Source: Candidatus Adlerbacteria bacterium | GTDB taxonomy: Bacteria > Patescibacteriota > Minisyncoccia > Phycocordibacterales > SBAW01 | Direction of reading: 5' to 3' | Length of the DNA: 64,000 nt | Assembly (NCBI GenBank): GCA_903851045.1 | Contig: CAINNF010000012.1 | Coordinates: 37,189 to 101,188, forward strand | Part shown: piece after piece, positions 40,242-49,683 of the stretch | Numbering within the stretch: position 1 is the stretch's first letter | Layout: every line of letters begins with the position of its first letter | Position numbers and translations under genes: made by a program | The notes under the pieces: generated by a model | The model's input: the letters and a program-made list of their open reading frames with translations, nothing else | The model's database searches: none | What the model was told of the DNA's origin: nothing

Positions 40242-41936
40242 TCACCACGGGCACCGTGTCGTTTCGGTGCCCGAGATGACCTCTTCTGCGTCCCATATAA
40301 GGGCGTTTTCGTTCCAGAACGTGGCGGAAGTCTTGTCCGCGTTCCGGTCCCACGGCTCAGCGGGACACCGTGTCCCGATGAAAGCCGTGAGGAGAACGTA
40401 GGCACCGCCGGTGGTGCGCTTGACCAGCACCACCACCCGCGAGCACGGCTCGGGCTTCCGGTTTTTGACGAACCGGGTGAGCCCGCGACGATTCGGCCGC
40501 TGGGCATAGACGATTTCATCCGCGCTAGTTGTCGCGACGCGGATGTTTTCGCCGACGACTCGCCCCATGTCGAGTTCGGCGATAACGACCTCGCGGCTGT
40601 CCGAACTCATCATACTGAGTGCCTCAGCGAGGCACGGAAGCACGCTCGAGTGCGTGGCGACGTGACTATCTTTCACGTCGACCACAAATTCACCCGACGC
40701 AAGCCGTCCCAAAATGGGGACGCCCCAGCGCAAAAGATCGAACGAAACCGGGAAGATTTCCCCGACCTTTTCGTCCGGGCCGGCGACGACAACCGCCGGT
40801 CCAGCGAAGGGGTACGCCTCGTCCCACAGCCGCCCGCCGAGGGTAGGCTGCGCCCGGCCGGACTCAACCGGCCAGAACTGCCCCACCCACGGACAGCCCG
40901 CGCGCGCGTAGGCACGCACGAGTGTCGCATGGAGCCACATCGGCGGGCCGTCGTTTGCGACGACGGCCGGCCGTGAGGTGTCCACACCGGGCGGCACCAG
41001 TTGCCGCAGGTCATCCACCGTGATGAAGCGCGTATTGCGCCACTTCACCAAAGTGAATTCGGGAAGTGCGAGCACTTCCCACTCGACACCCGGACAAAAG
41101 CCCGAGCCCGACGGCGTCACTTCGGGGATACGGATGTACCCCTTGCTGACGTCGTAGAGCTCGACTGCGCCCGAGAGTCGGGCGGCGTAGGCCGAGGCCA
41201 GAATCGCCGCGCGGGCGTTGTACACTCGCACGGTTTCGAGTTTGTTTGCCGCACGCGCCAAGACGAGTGCCGGACGCAGATGCGCCGGACGCACGCCAAG
41301 AAATGGATCGTGCGCATCGTCAACGCCAAGCCGCGTCAACAGTGACGCGACATTAATGTTGGCGATGAGCTCTCCATTCGTGATCTCTCCGTTTTCACGG
41401 ATGATCTCACGAAGACGATTCACAACCGCGTCGAGCGTGGGCGACTGGATAGTCTGCCCACGCTCGAGTCCCGAGATCCGCCCGCGGACGACGCCGTCGC
41501 CGCGGTCGACATACAGCTCGCAGGTGCCGTGAAGCACACTGTCGAGCTCGGCGAGCACGGCGACATTGCGCGCAGCAGCAAATTGCCGCCACGCAACGAC
41601 TTCATCCTGCTTGGACGAGAGGATGATGCACGCGTCGCATGCATCAAAAATCCTCTCGTTCGCCTCGGAGCGAACGCCGCCGGTGTCTACCAACACCAGC
41701 GGTTGTTCGTTGGCTTTGATGGCCTCCACCATCGAGCCAACGAAGTTTTCCGTGAATTTTCCCTTTTGCCGCACCGCGGCGACCAAGACTTGGTCGCCAA
41801 AGTTACTCCAGTGCCACTCCCCATCGGGGGCGGCAAAGGCCAGATAGAAGCTGTCTGGCGGCAGCTGGCACATCAACTGCGCCAAGAATACGGACTTGCC
41901 GCTGTGCGGCGGCCCGCAGACGATGACACGCCGCAT
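40242..41936 (-). CDS. P-loop ATPase fused to Csx3/Crn3-like domain(s) and an uncharacterised C-terminal domain
   Basis: GPPHSGKSV, APDGE..W and LVDTGG (ATPase typical of Csx3-AAA fusions); DTSRPAVV…GPPMWLH…WV resembles Csx3; SD GAGGAG. Confidence 0.7.
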   Translation of the reverse strand: MRRVIVCGPPHSGKSVFLAQLMCQLPPDSFYLAFAAPDGEWHWSNFGDQVLVAAVRQKGKFTENFVGSMVEAIKANEQPLVLVDTGGVRSEANERIFDACDACIILSSKQDEVVAWRQFAAARNVAVLAELDSVLHGTCELYVDRGDGVVRGRISGLERGQTIQSPTLDAVVNRLREIIRENGEITNGELIANINVASLLTRLGVDDAHDPFLGVRPAHLRPALVLARAANKLETVRVYNARAAILASAYAARLSGAVELYDVSKGYIRIPEVTPSGSGFCPGVEWEVLALPEFTLVKWRNTRFITVDDLRQLVPPGVDTSRPAVVANDGPPMWLHATLVRAYARAGCPWVGQFWPVESGRAQPTLGGRLWDEAYPFAGPAVVVAGPDEKVGEIFPVSFDLLRWGVPILGRLASGEFVVDVKDSHVATHSSVLPCLAEALSMMSSDSREVVIAELDMGRVVGENIRVATTSADEIVYAQRPNRRGLTRFVKNRKPEPCSRVVVLVKRTTGGAYVLLTAFIGTRCPAEPWDRNADKTSATFWNENALIWDAEEVISGTETTRCPW

Positions 41937-42110
41937 GGCGCTTCTCCTCTCTTTGTTTGTGTGAACCTTTATCAAGCCAACCCCGTTTCACTGGGACGAG
42001 CTTGAGCAAGGTCTCGAGCCGGTTACCAACCAGCTCGAGGACCAAACCGAGTGAGCGTGCCGTGCCACGCTCACCAAACCGTTAACACCTACAACACGGG
42101 CAAGTGAAGA

Positions 42111-42536
42111 TTACGATTTCTGGAGGATCTTCACCTCCACCCGCGTGTACGTGACGTACACGCGGAACTGTTCGAAGCGCTCGCCGAGCTTGGCGGCGTA
42201 CGATTCGACGAGCACGGCCCAGTCCTCGTCGGACAGATTCGCCGCGTAGAGCGGCGACTTGTCGGACGTCAAGACGAGCGCCGGCTCGTGCTCGCCGTGC
42301 CAGCCGTCGCCAGTCGGGTAGGCGTAGGTGATCACCGAGTCGGTGACGATGAACGGAACGAACGGCTTGCCGGCAGCGCCGTCCTGCTTGTACAGGTCGG
42401 TCAGAAAGGCGAGGACCTCGCCCTTCTCCTGCGCGAATCCGGTGTAACCCTTCTTCAGACCGAGGTTGATCTCGGCCCGAATCGTGTTCCTGGCATGACC
42501 GACGTTGCCGTTCTCGGTCGGGATCGAATAAACCAT
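42111..42536 (-). CDS. Hypothetical protein
   Basis: SD AAGGAGG; strongly GC3-biased codons. Confidence 0.8.
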   Translation of the reverse strand: MVYSIPTENGNVGHARNTIRAEINLGLKKGYTGFAQEKGEVLAFLTDLYKQDGAAGKPFVPFIVTDSVITYAYPTGDGWHGEHEPALVLTSDKSPLYAANLSDEDWAVLVESYAAKLGERFEQFRVYVTYTRVEVKILQKS

Positions 42537-42731
42537 GAGTGTCCTCCTTAAGGACGTTTGGGGTATTGGCATGATTGCCTCACCCTTTCAAACAGTCGTG
42601 TATATGCAACGACACACAACAACTTGAAAGGGTGCACGAATGGGTACCAGCCATTCGTGCGAAAACCTGTACCAACGCGCCATACCGCGCTGATGCTATT
42701 AACCTTGCTCCTTATATGGAGGAGTTTGCCG

Positions 42732-43130
42732 TCAGGCCCGGACGAGCCGGGTGACGGCGTAGACCTGGCCGTCCGCCGTGCGGACGACTCCGTCCCGCGG
42801 GCCGGTGCCGGGGATGAAGACATCCTCGCGTGCGGCCACTTCGGGCCGCCCGCCGACGAGGGCGGAGACCAAGTAGACGGTCCCCTCCTCGGGCTCGGGC
42901 AGCCCCTCCACCGCACCATACGCGGTGCGGTCGAAGGTGGGCACACCGCCCAGGTCGGGCAGGCGCCCGCCTGGCGTGGTCGAAACCCGCGCGGGCGCGG
43001 GCCTGCCGTCCGCGCCAAGGCGCGGCAGGACGACGATGTCGGTCTCGTCCGGCTTCGGCGCCGTATTGGCGGCGTTCATCCGCAACCGGAGCGGGTGCGG
43101 GTTCAGGTTGAGGAACTTGACGTCGATCAT
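42732..43130 (-). CDS. NLxPH-family small protein; candidate Crn4-like ring nuclease
   Basis: NLNPH, ARV, G.VEGLPEP.EGT.YLVS.LV, R.D…P, VR..DG.V. Family assignment is from recall only. Confidence 0.6.
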   Translation of the reverse strand: MIDVKFLNLNPHPLRLRMNAANTAPKPDETDIVVLPRLGADGRPAPARVSTTPGGRLPDLGGVPTFDRTAYGAVEGLPEPEEGTVYLVSALVGGRPEVAAREDVFIPGTGPRDGVVRTADGQVYAVTRLVRA

Positions 43131-43139
43131 TTTTTAAAA

Positions 43140-43640
43140 CCCCCTCGCATAACGGGAGCCCTTTCTCGCTTGGCGCTACTCAAGCAGAGTCCTGTATTTT
43201 TCCACTATGGGCCGCAGGACGCGGATGTTGATGATCGGGAATCAGCCCGCCTTCGCCACAGTGGCTACGGTCGAGCAAGAATGATCCCCGTGCAAAGACT
43301 TATGCATCGGTCTTCGCACGGGAAACACTCGGTTTGGTATGCGACCCCTCTTTCCAGCACGATGGGGCGAGCGCAATATATTTGTGCTGCTCGCATGCCG
43401 GCATAGTGCGGAAAAGAGGGGTCACATCTGTGGATTTCCTTTCTCCTCGTTTGAAACCGCTATTCGATTAGCTCGAAGTGAGTCATCAGATACTGGTTTC
43501 AAGTAGGAGGACGAGCGCATAACCAAGCGCTCGCCTCAAGTTTGGAGAGTTTATACCCAGGCACTCCCCTGCCTGTTGCGAACGCTGCCGTGTCAGCGTT
43601 CGCGATGAACTATTCCCCTGCACGGAGGGGTTTGGAGGCG
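43140..43640 (-). ncRNA. Candidate structured intergenic RNA (multi-hairpin)
   Basis: At least six stems, e.g. GACCCCTCTTTCC…GGAAAAGAGGGGTC, CCCGTGC…GCACGGG, TTGAAACC…GGTTTCAA, GCGAACGCTG…CAGCGTTCGC. Confidence 0.55.
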
Positions 43641-43644
43641 AATC

Positions 43645-44019
43645 TCACAAATCGTTGAGGTTCACCTCCACCGCCCCATCCTCCGGCCACTGCCGGAGTA
43701 CAAAACGTTTGCGATAGAGAGAGTACATCTCCCCACCGCGTCCGACGGCAACCTCGCCCTCAACCCCCACGAAGAGGGTCCGGGTGCCGTCGGAAGACCA
43801 AGTCACGACCAACCCCGGCATAGTGCCCGCCTTGGCATTTAGCCAAGGCGTGCAACCGGGATTGTCGACGAGCTGGGCGTAGCCAAGCTCTGGGAATTCC
43901 TCCCAGAGCCCTTTGGTACCCCACAGGGGACCCATCGAAACCCCAACCCACTTCCCAATCTGGCCGGAGAAGGCCAAAAAAGTAAGAGAGTTGTCGGAGT
44001 TCCGCATAATTTTTTTCAT
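43645..44019 (-). CDS. Hypothetical protein embedded between structured RNA blocks
   Basis: SD GGAGG before ATG 44019; 124 aa. Confidence 0.6.
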   Translation of the reverse strand: MKKIMRNSDNSLTFLAFSGQIGKWVGVSMGPLWGTKGLWEEFPELGYAQLVDNPGCTPWLNAKAGTMPGLVVTWSSDGTRTLFVGVEGEVAVGRGGEMYSLYRKRFVLRQWPEDGAVEVNLNDL

Positions 44020-44034
44020 GTAATCCTCCATTTG

Positions 44035-44835
44035 GAGACCTCGTCCATCCCACACCCATGACAGTGCGGCGAGGCGGCCTTGCGGCCATGTTTGTGTGCC
44101 CGGGCAACGTGACACTGCACGAATTGGCGCGATGAAGGCGCCAACGGCCCGGTTTTAGTCAGCGTGACACTGCACGCGGGATCGCTCTTCTTTCGAAGTG
44201 CACATGCGACCCCTCTTTCCGGTTCGACTTCCCTCGATAAATCTCGGGATAAATCGCTCACCGTAAACGGCAAACGAACATTCAAGCCGGAGAAGAGGAA
44301 TAACATTGTGATTATCTGCTTTCGCAGAAAGTTTTTTCACGTTTTCCTGTTCTACCTATGGCATCCAGACACACTGTTTAGGAGCGATCTGGAAGAATTT
44401 TGTCAAAGACCTTTCCTTCAGGCGGCCGTGGCCTTGGCGAAGGAGCCCTCTCTATGAGGACATTTCTAAGCATGAAAGCTGGTTTAGGTCTTTCGTGCTC
44501 AGCCGATGTCTCCCCGAGCCTTTGGCTCGGGACCCCGCAAAGCTCGTGAGAGCGCAGTGGGGCCAAAACAACGTTCGATACAGCTGGCTTCTCGCCCTAC
44601 TCTCACGGCTGGGGACCCATTTGCGGAGGTGCCATGCCCGAGAGACCGTATCTGCAAATAGAGATTTATTTCGAGCCGCCTCTCATCCCCACTCTCTCCT
44701 CTTTCTACGCTTAGCCGCTTTGCAGCAGGGGCCGTAGTACCCTCCCGGCGAGCCGGGACTAGAGGTGGGGGACGATTCGAATGAAACCTCCCGTCTATGA
44801 TGAACTCTTGCTTCGGGCTATTCCCTCGGCATCTG
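44035..44835 (-). ncRNA. Candidate ~800-nt structured 5' leader RNA
   Basis: Lies between a consensus promoter and the first SD-led ORF; many stems; shares a 17-nt arm with 43339..43355. Confidence 0.55.
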
Positions 44836-44840
44836 ACAAC

Positions 44841-44869
44841 ATCTTAGCATTTTCATTGCCAAGTGTCAA
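44841..44869 (-). promoter_or_regulatory. sigma70 promoter of the island operon
   Basis: TTGACA-17 nt-TAAGAT with extended -10 TG. Confidence 0.75.
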
Positions 44870-44963
44870 GCCATGTGTGGCAAATAATCGTTCTCGTGTC
44901 ACGCAAAATACCCTTGATTTGTATGTATTTTATACGAAATAAGGTTTTATTTGTCACAGAAGC

Positions 44964-44991
44964 TTGACAAATCAACCCCTACGAGTATACT
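44964..44991 (+). promoter_or_regulatory. sigma70 promoter, probably leaderless trmB transcript
   Basis: TTGACA-16 nt-TATACT; ATG begins 7 nt after the -10. Confidence 0.75.
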
Positions 44992-44997
44992 GGCAGT

Positions 44998-45840
44998 ATG
45001 GATACCAAAGAACTTTCGTATGGTCAGAGCTTGGTCGAGGCAGGTTTGACGAAGGACGAGGCGCTCGTCTACGAGACCCTCGTGCTGCGCGGCCCACTCC
45101 AAGCTGGCGTATTAAAGCGGCATGTTCCTCTCTCCCGCCCGCTGGTATATAAGGTGCTAGGGACACTTGAGGCGGCTGGGTTAGTCGAAAAAAGGGATGA
45201 ACCCGGCAAAGTCGCCGTCTTCGCCCCCGCGCATCCGCTGAAGTTACAGGAGTTGGTCGAGAGGCGCTTCGACGACGCTCAAAATGCAAAGTCCTCTCTC
45301 GAGGGAGCAATCTCGCGACTCATCTCCGACTTCAACCTCGTTTCGGGTAAGTCGGGTATACGGTTTTATGAGGGTACAGACGGCGTGCGTGAAGTACTTA
45401 ATGACGCACTCACAGCAAAGACCGAGATACTCGCCTATATAGACATCGAGACGGTGGAGCGCGAGATGGGGGAGGCAAGCAAAGCGTTTGGTATCGCTCG
45501 CAAAAAACGCGGCCTCCACAAGCGCAACATCGCCGTCGACACACTCGCTAACCGAGCACTCGTTGACCAAGAATATCTTGATGACATAACTAAAGAGCGG
45601 CTTATCCCTTGGTCAACGCCCACATTCAGTGTCTCGACGCAGATATACGACGATCGTGTGTCATATCTCACATTCGGCGCCCAGAAGATCGGCGTCATCG
45701 TCAACGACCCAGCAATTGCCGCCATGCATCGCGGGTTATTTGAGTTGGCGTGGAGTCACCCGAGCGCATATGTACCAAAGACTCACGCAGCTAAGGCAAG
45801 CGGCTCAGCTACTGACGACAACCGCTCGAATGCAGCATAA
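44998..45840 (+). CDS. TrmB-family transcriptional regulator
   Basis: GLT.DEA.VY..L wHTH, L…GLV; C-terminal RFYEG..G…IYDD.V domain. Confidence 0.9.
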   Translation: MDTKELSYGQSLVEAGLTKDEALVYETLVLRGPLQAGVLKRHVPLSRPLVYKVLGTLEAAGLVEKRDEPGKVAVFAPAHPLKLQELVERRFDDAQNAKSSLEGAISRLISDFNLVSGKSGIRFYEGTDGVREVLNDALTAKTEILAYIDIETVEREMGEASKAFGIARKKRGLHKRNIAVDTLANRALVDQEYLDDITKERLIPWSTPTFSVSTQIYDDRVSYLTFGAQKIGVIVNDPAIAAMHRGLFELAWSHPSAYVPKTHAAKASGSATDDNRSNAA

Positions 45841-48268
45841 TACTTTTGTGTACCCGACTCGTCCTGCTCCATGAAATAGCGCGTTAATACCATCCTGTCG
45901 TGCAATAAAGTTGGAAAATCTGGTACAGTCTCGCTCGCCACAAACTGCGTGAGCACAGAGCGCTCGCCGCGAGCAGCTCGCTCCATGATGTCTTTCCTCG
46001 ACAAACGTTTTGTTGCGAACAGATTGCCTTCGCGCCGCTCTAGAGCAAGTGTTGGCTCGCCCTGGTCTTCGAAACGGTGCGTAGCGTAAAAGTTGTAGTC
46101 CTCGAAGTATTTGCTCACGATAGGGGTGCGCACAATGTCGATGTCCGACTCTGCGACCAATACCGAACCCTTTTGTTCTTGGTCGATGCCTTGCTCCATC
46201 ACCGCCTGACCAAGCATGCCTCCCTCGAATGACTGACTGGTGAGAAACGAGGCGAGATGCTTCTTGGGGAGTTCGTCTTCACTGGTGCCGACTTGCTCGG
46301 CTGAAAAGTAACAAGCGATCTGCCCTTTATAGCGGTAGATATAGAACGTGGTTTGCTCACTCCCGAGCGCCTTTTCAAATTGTGCTCGCAACTCATGCTC
46401 CAACTCTGCGCCATACTTCCCCGCGTAGCGATATTCCCAAATGTGCCGCATATCTGTACGATTAACCTCCTGAAGCTGTGCCGCGTTGACACTTTCGAGC
46501 GTACCATCTCGCACTTGCTCGAGCGATAATTGGTTGCGTGTTTTGAGCACACGACACGCGTCGGTAAACAGCGCAATGTCTGCTTGCACCGACTGCGCGA
46601 GCGCCACCAGTCGCTCGGGTTCGTCTTTGTACGTGTGCGCATCAGCAAGTAGCTTGCGTGCGCGGTTAAGTTGTCGCTCAACTACCGCACCCACGACGCC
46701 TGTGTCCTGCGCACCAAACGACTCGGCAAATAAGTACCCATAGTATCAACAGACTCTATGAGCGAACTGTACGCCGCAAAGACCGCGTGCGCCTGCTCGG
46801 GTGCTGTCGTGTGTGCAAACTCAAACACTTTATCCCGTAATGTCGGATCTTGTTCAGTGACGAGAAAGGTACGCAGACCATCTACGCCGAATGAGTGGGT
46901 GAATTCTTTTGTCGATTCAGCGTCCTGTACAGATACGGTCTTTAAATACTGCAACATGCGGAACTGTTCATGTAGTGTGAGGTCAGCGAGCGTACACCCA
47001 AATTCGTTTTCTATCGTCTTTCGCACTGGCCTCGTGAGCATATACTCAAAGTCGTGCTCGGCGATCTTCGCTTGCTCTAAATCCATCTCCCCATCCTTGG
47101 TCTGAAGTACGAGATCACGAGCATCTACTTTATAGGTAAAAAGTGCCGCAATCGCAGTTTGCGTCTCTTGATACTGATCCCATAATTGTCTATTTGGTGT
47201 CCAAATTATTTCGTGTTCACCCTGTGCTATAGCCGCATCAACCAACTCTTGTGGAGGCTGGAGTTGCCCACGCAACTCACGGAGTCGAAACAAGAGCCCC
47301 TCTACTTTTCCACGCGTCTCTCCTTCAATTATGTATAATCCATCTGACTTATGAAACCCAAGAACTCCATTCGATACCTCGAACGGTTCACCATCATTAT
47401 CAGGCAACGTGTCGTGCTTCTCCATGCGATCATATAGTTGGCGAGCACGCATATTGAGTAGGTAACTACCTTCCCTGTGTTCGACTGCGCGACGCAGCGA
47501 AGACGATATCGCTCGCGGGACAGCTTCTTCCGAAAAACTCCAGTGCGAACCCTCGCGATGTAGATGTCGCAACAACTCGAGAAAGTGGCCAGTCTGTGAG
47601 TAATTCTGTGGATTGTTAAAATCAAGACTACGAAGTATTGCGGCTTCATACCGTGGACCCCAATGAAATGAAAAAATATAATTTAGTGATGCAACGCCGC
47701 TAGTTCGTAGTGAAGGATGTACATCATTTCTCCAATATATGTCAGCCACTTCCTCGATAAGTACGTTTGGGTCGATCAGTTGGCCGTTCTGACCAATAGC
47801 ATCATCCATCTGCTGCATAGCCCATACCGCACGACGGTCTTTAGAAAAATGCGGATCTTTCATTGCGGCATACAAAGCGCGATACGCCTTTGAAGTAAAC
47901 GAGTCTCGGGATATCTTCCCTCCGCGAGCAAGGTTAAACCCAACATGATGCGCATCGGCACTATGTTCTGTACAAAACTCTATTGCTTTGTGCACCATCG
48001 TGTCTACCTCTTCTTGAGAAAGGTGGTTGAGAAACTCGCCGCTGTATGGCAACCCACGAAATAATTTCTGTGTAATTTCTTCTGGTGAACTGTCAACAAT
48101 CCACTCACGAACTATGTTCAATTGTTCGCGTTCTACTTTCGTTAATTCGGGTTCTACCTCTTCTTGTCGTTGAGACTCCTGCTGTACTAATTCGTGATTA
48201 CGAGGAGGGACGAGTTGTTTCTCCAACAACGTCTTTGACTTCTTCGGCGCTCCACCAGGCATTTTCAT
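45783..48268 (-). pseudogene. Large hypothetical protein (GNAT-like C-terminus) split by a -1 frameshift near 46725
   Basis: …MGTYL TTG|CCG; one extra G gives YLAESFGAQDTGVVGAVVERQLNR, joining 46682..48268 to 45783..46694. Confidence 0.7.
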
Positions 48269-48473
48269 ATCCTCTATGCTACCGCGAAATGATGAGGTGC
48301 AAAATAGTTCTTTCTTGCTTTCGTCCTTTCCTTGTCCGCCGAAGTCTCGACGAAGGGGGTTAGACTCATCAGCATAGATACACATCTATGGAGCAAGCCG
48401 CACGGAGTCGAACCGTGCGGGTTTTTTTGTGTCTGTCGCCAAGCGGTGTTGTCCTTGTTGCTGCCTAAGAAAC

Positions 48474-48695
48474 TCACTTTCGCTCTCGTTCGAGCATCTC
48501 CCCGAGTGTCAGTTCGTTGGCTCGAATACCGAGAACTACGAGGATTTCAGCGACCCCCTTGCGCCCCAGGTTAGGGACACGAAGCAGATCTTGTACCGTT
48601 TGTTTCAGCAGGTCGTCGCGCGTGAGGACACCTGCCTCCTTGAGAGCATTCCTGACGCGCACCGGCAGCGACAGTGCGTCGATGTCTATAGTCAT
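48474..48695 (-). CDS. Stand-alone RNA polymerase alpha-CTD-like protein
   Basis: IDAL.L.VR.RNALK.AG…DL…L.R.PNLGRK…EI matches the alpha-CTD HhH pattern. Confidence 0.8.
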   Translation of the reverse strand: MTIDIDALSLPVRVRNALKEAGVLTRDDLLKQTVQDLLRVPNLGRKGVAEILVVLGIRANELTLGEMLERERK

Positions 48696-49280
48696 GACCA
48701 TTCCTCACCCCAGAACCCAGAGGAGCAGGTGTGCGCATGTGGCGCGATAACACGATGAATCCGCGAAACTATTTTCACAGACTCAATAGTGTCCACCATC
48801 TTACAGTCAAAGATGGTGGAGGTGTCTCTGTAACGCGGGCAGAGACGACCCAGCGATTGAGTTACGGAGTTCGCCACACTCCGGCGCCACTAGTGCAAAC
48901 AGCCCGACACGCACCAACGCTCGAGAAGATCTTCAGCCTCCTCGACATGTCCGGTGCGACTGAGCCGCAAGCACTCCGCCAGGACGACCGTGTCGTCCAC
49001 TGGCACGCGCGCGAAGAGGCGCGGTGCACATCCAGACACGAAGTCTGGAGTGACGGCGCGCGCGATAGGCACGATTAACTCACAGTTCATTAGTCACTTC
49101 CTCCGTTTGTTGGTGAGCAGTGTGCGAGGTATGCATCGCTCGCACACTGCTCAACCCAAAATGAGGTCTACAACTTTTTGAATCCACAACGTGACCACAA
49201 CCTGTTTTGTCAGCCACATATGCGAACTCAATAAAGTGGACGATGCATGGCTCGTCCAGACCCTGACAGCTGATGTTCAC
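48692..49280 (-). CDS. Chain of three short overlapping hypothetical ORFs (48692..48877, 48890..49090, 49080..49280)
   Basis: Co-oriented and closely coupled to the alpha-CTD gene; no recognisable motifs. Confidence 0.3.
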
Positions 49281-49683
49281 ACCGCCCGAGAGTATCCTTT
49301 CTCGGCTTGCGTCCTCAACTGGAGCCCCAGTTGAAGAACGGTGTAAGCACCTTCGCCCCTACCGGGCGTGGCTGGGGTCAAACAGCCACCTCCCTCTCCG
49401 TGACTCGGAGTCCCCTCCCGTCGTGGGATGGGGCGTCTGGGAGCAGACGCATCACGGTGACCAGCCGCGATACTGTGGACCGTATTTGCATACGACCCCT
49501 CGCACCTTGCCGACGTTCGCGCAAAACCCAATATATTTTGCGGGTTGGCTCAAGGCCTGAAGCGCTTATTCAGCAAGGTGAAGGAATCACATACGATGTA
49601 CCGTATTGAGTTGTCAACGATCCGCGCCCCTTGGACTTCCTTTCGTCCGCCCAAAGACCGTGTCAAAACTCATTGACAGCGGC

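Noticed and set aside
40133-40519. N-terminal extension of the HD protein
   Set aside because: Overlaps the upstream gene in another frame; a strong SD precedes ATG 40132.
43140-44835. CRISPR array, or group I/II intron, tmRNA or RNase P in the long non-coding tract
   Set aside because: Only pairwise repeats, not regularly spaced. No domain V, P7, tag-ORF/tRNA-like ends or GAGGAAAGUCC motif seen.
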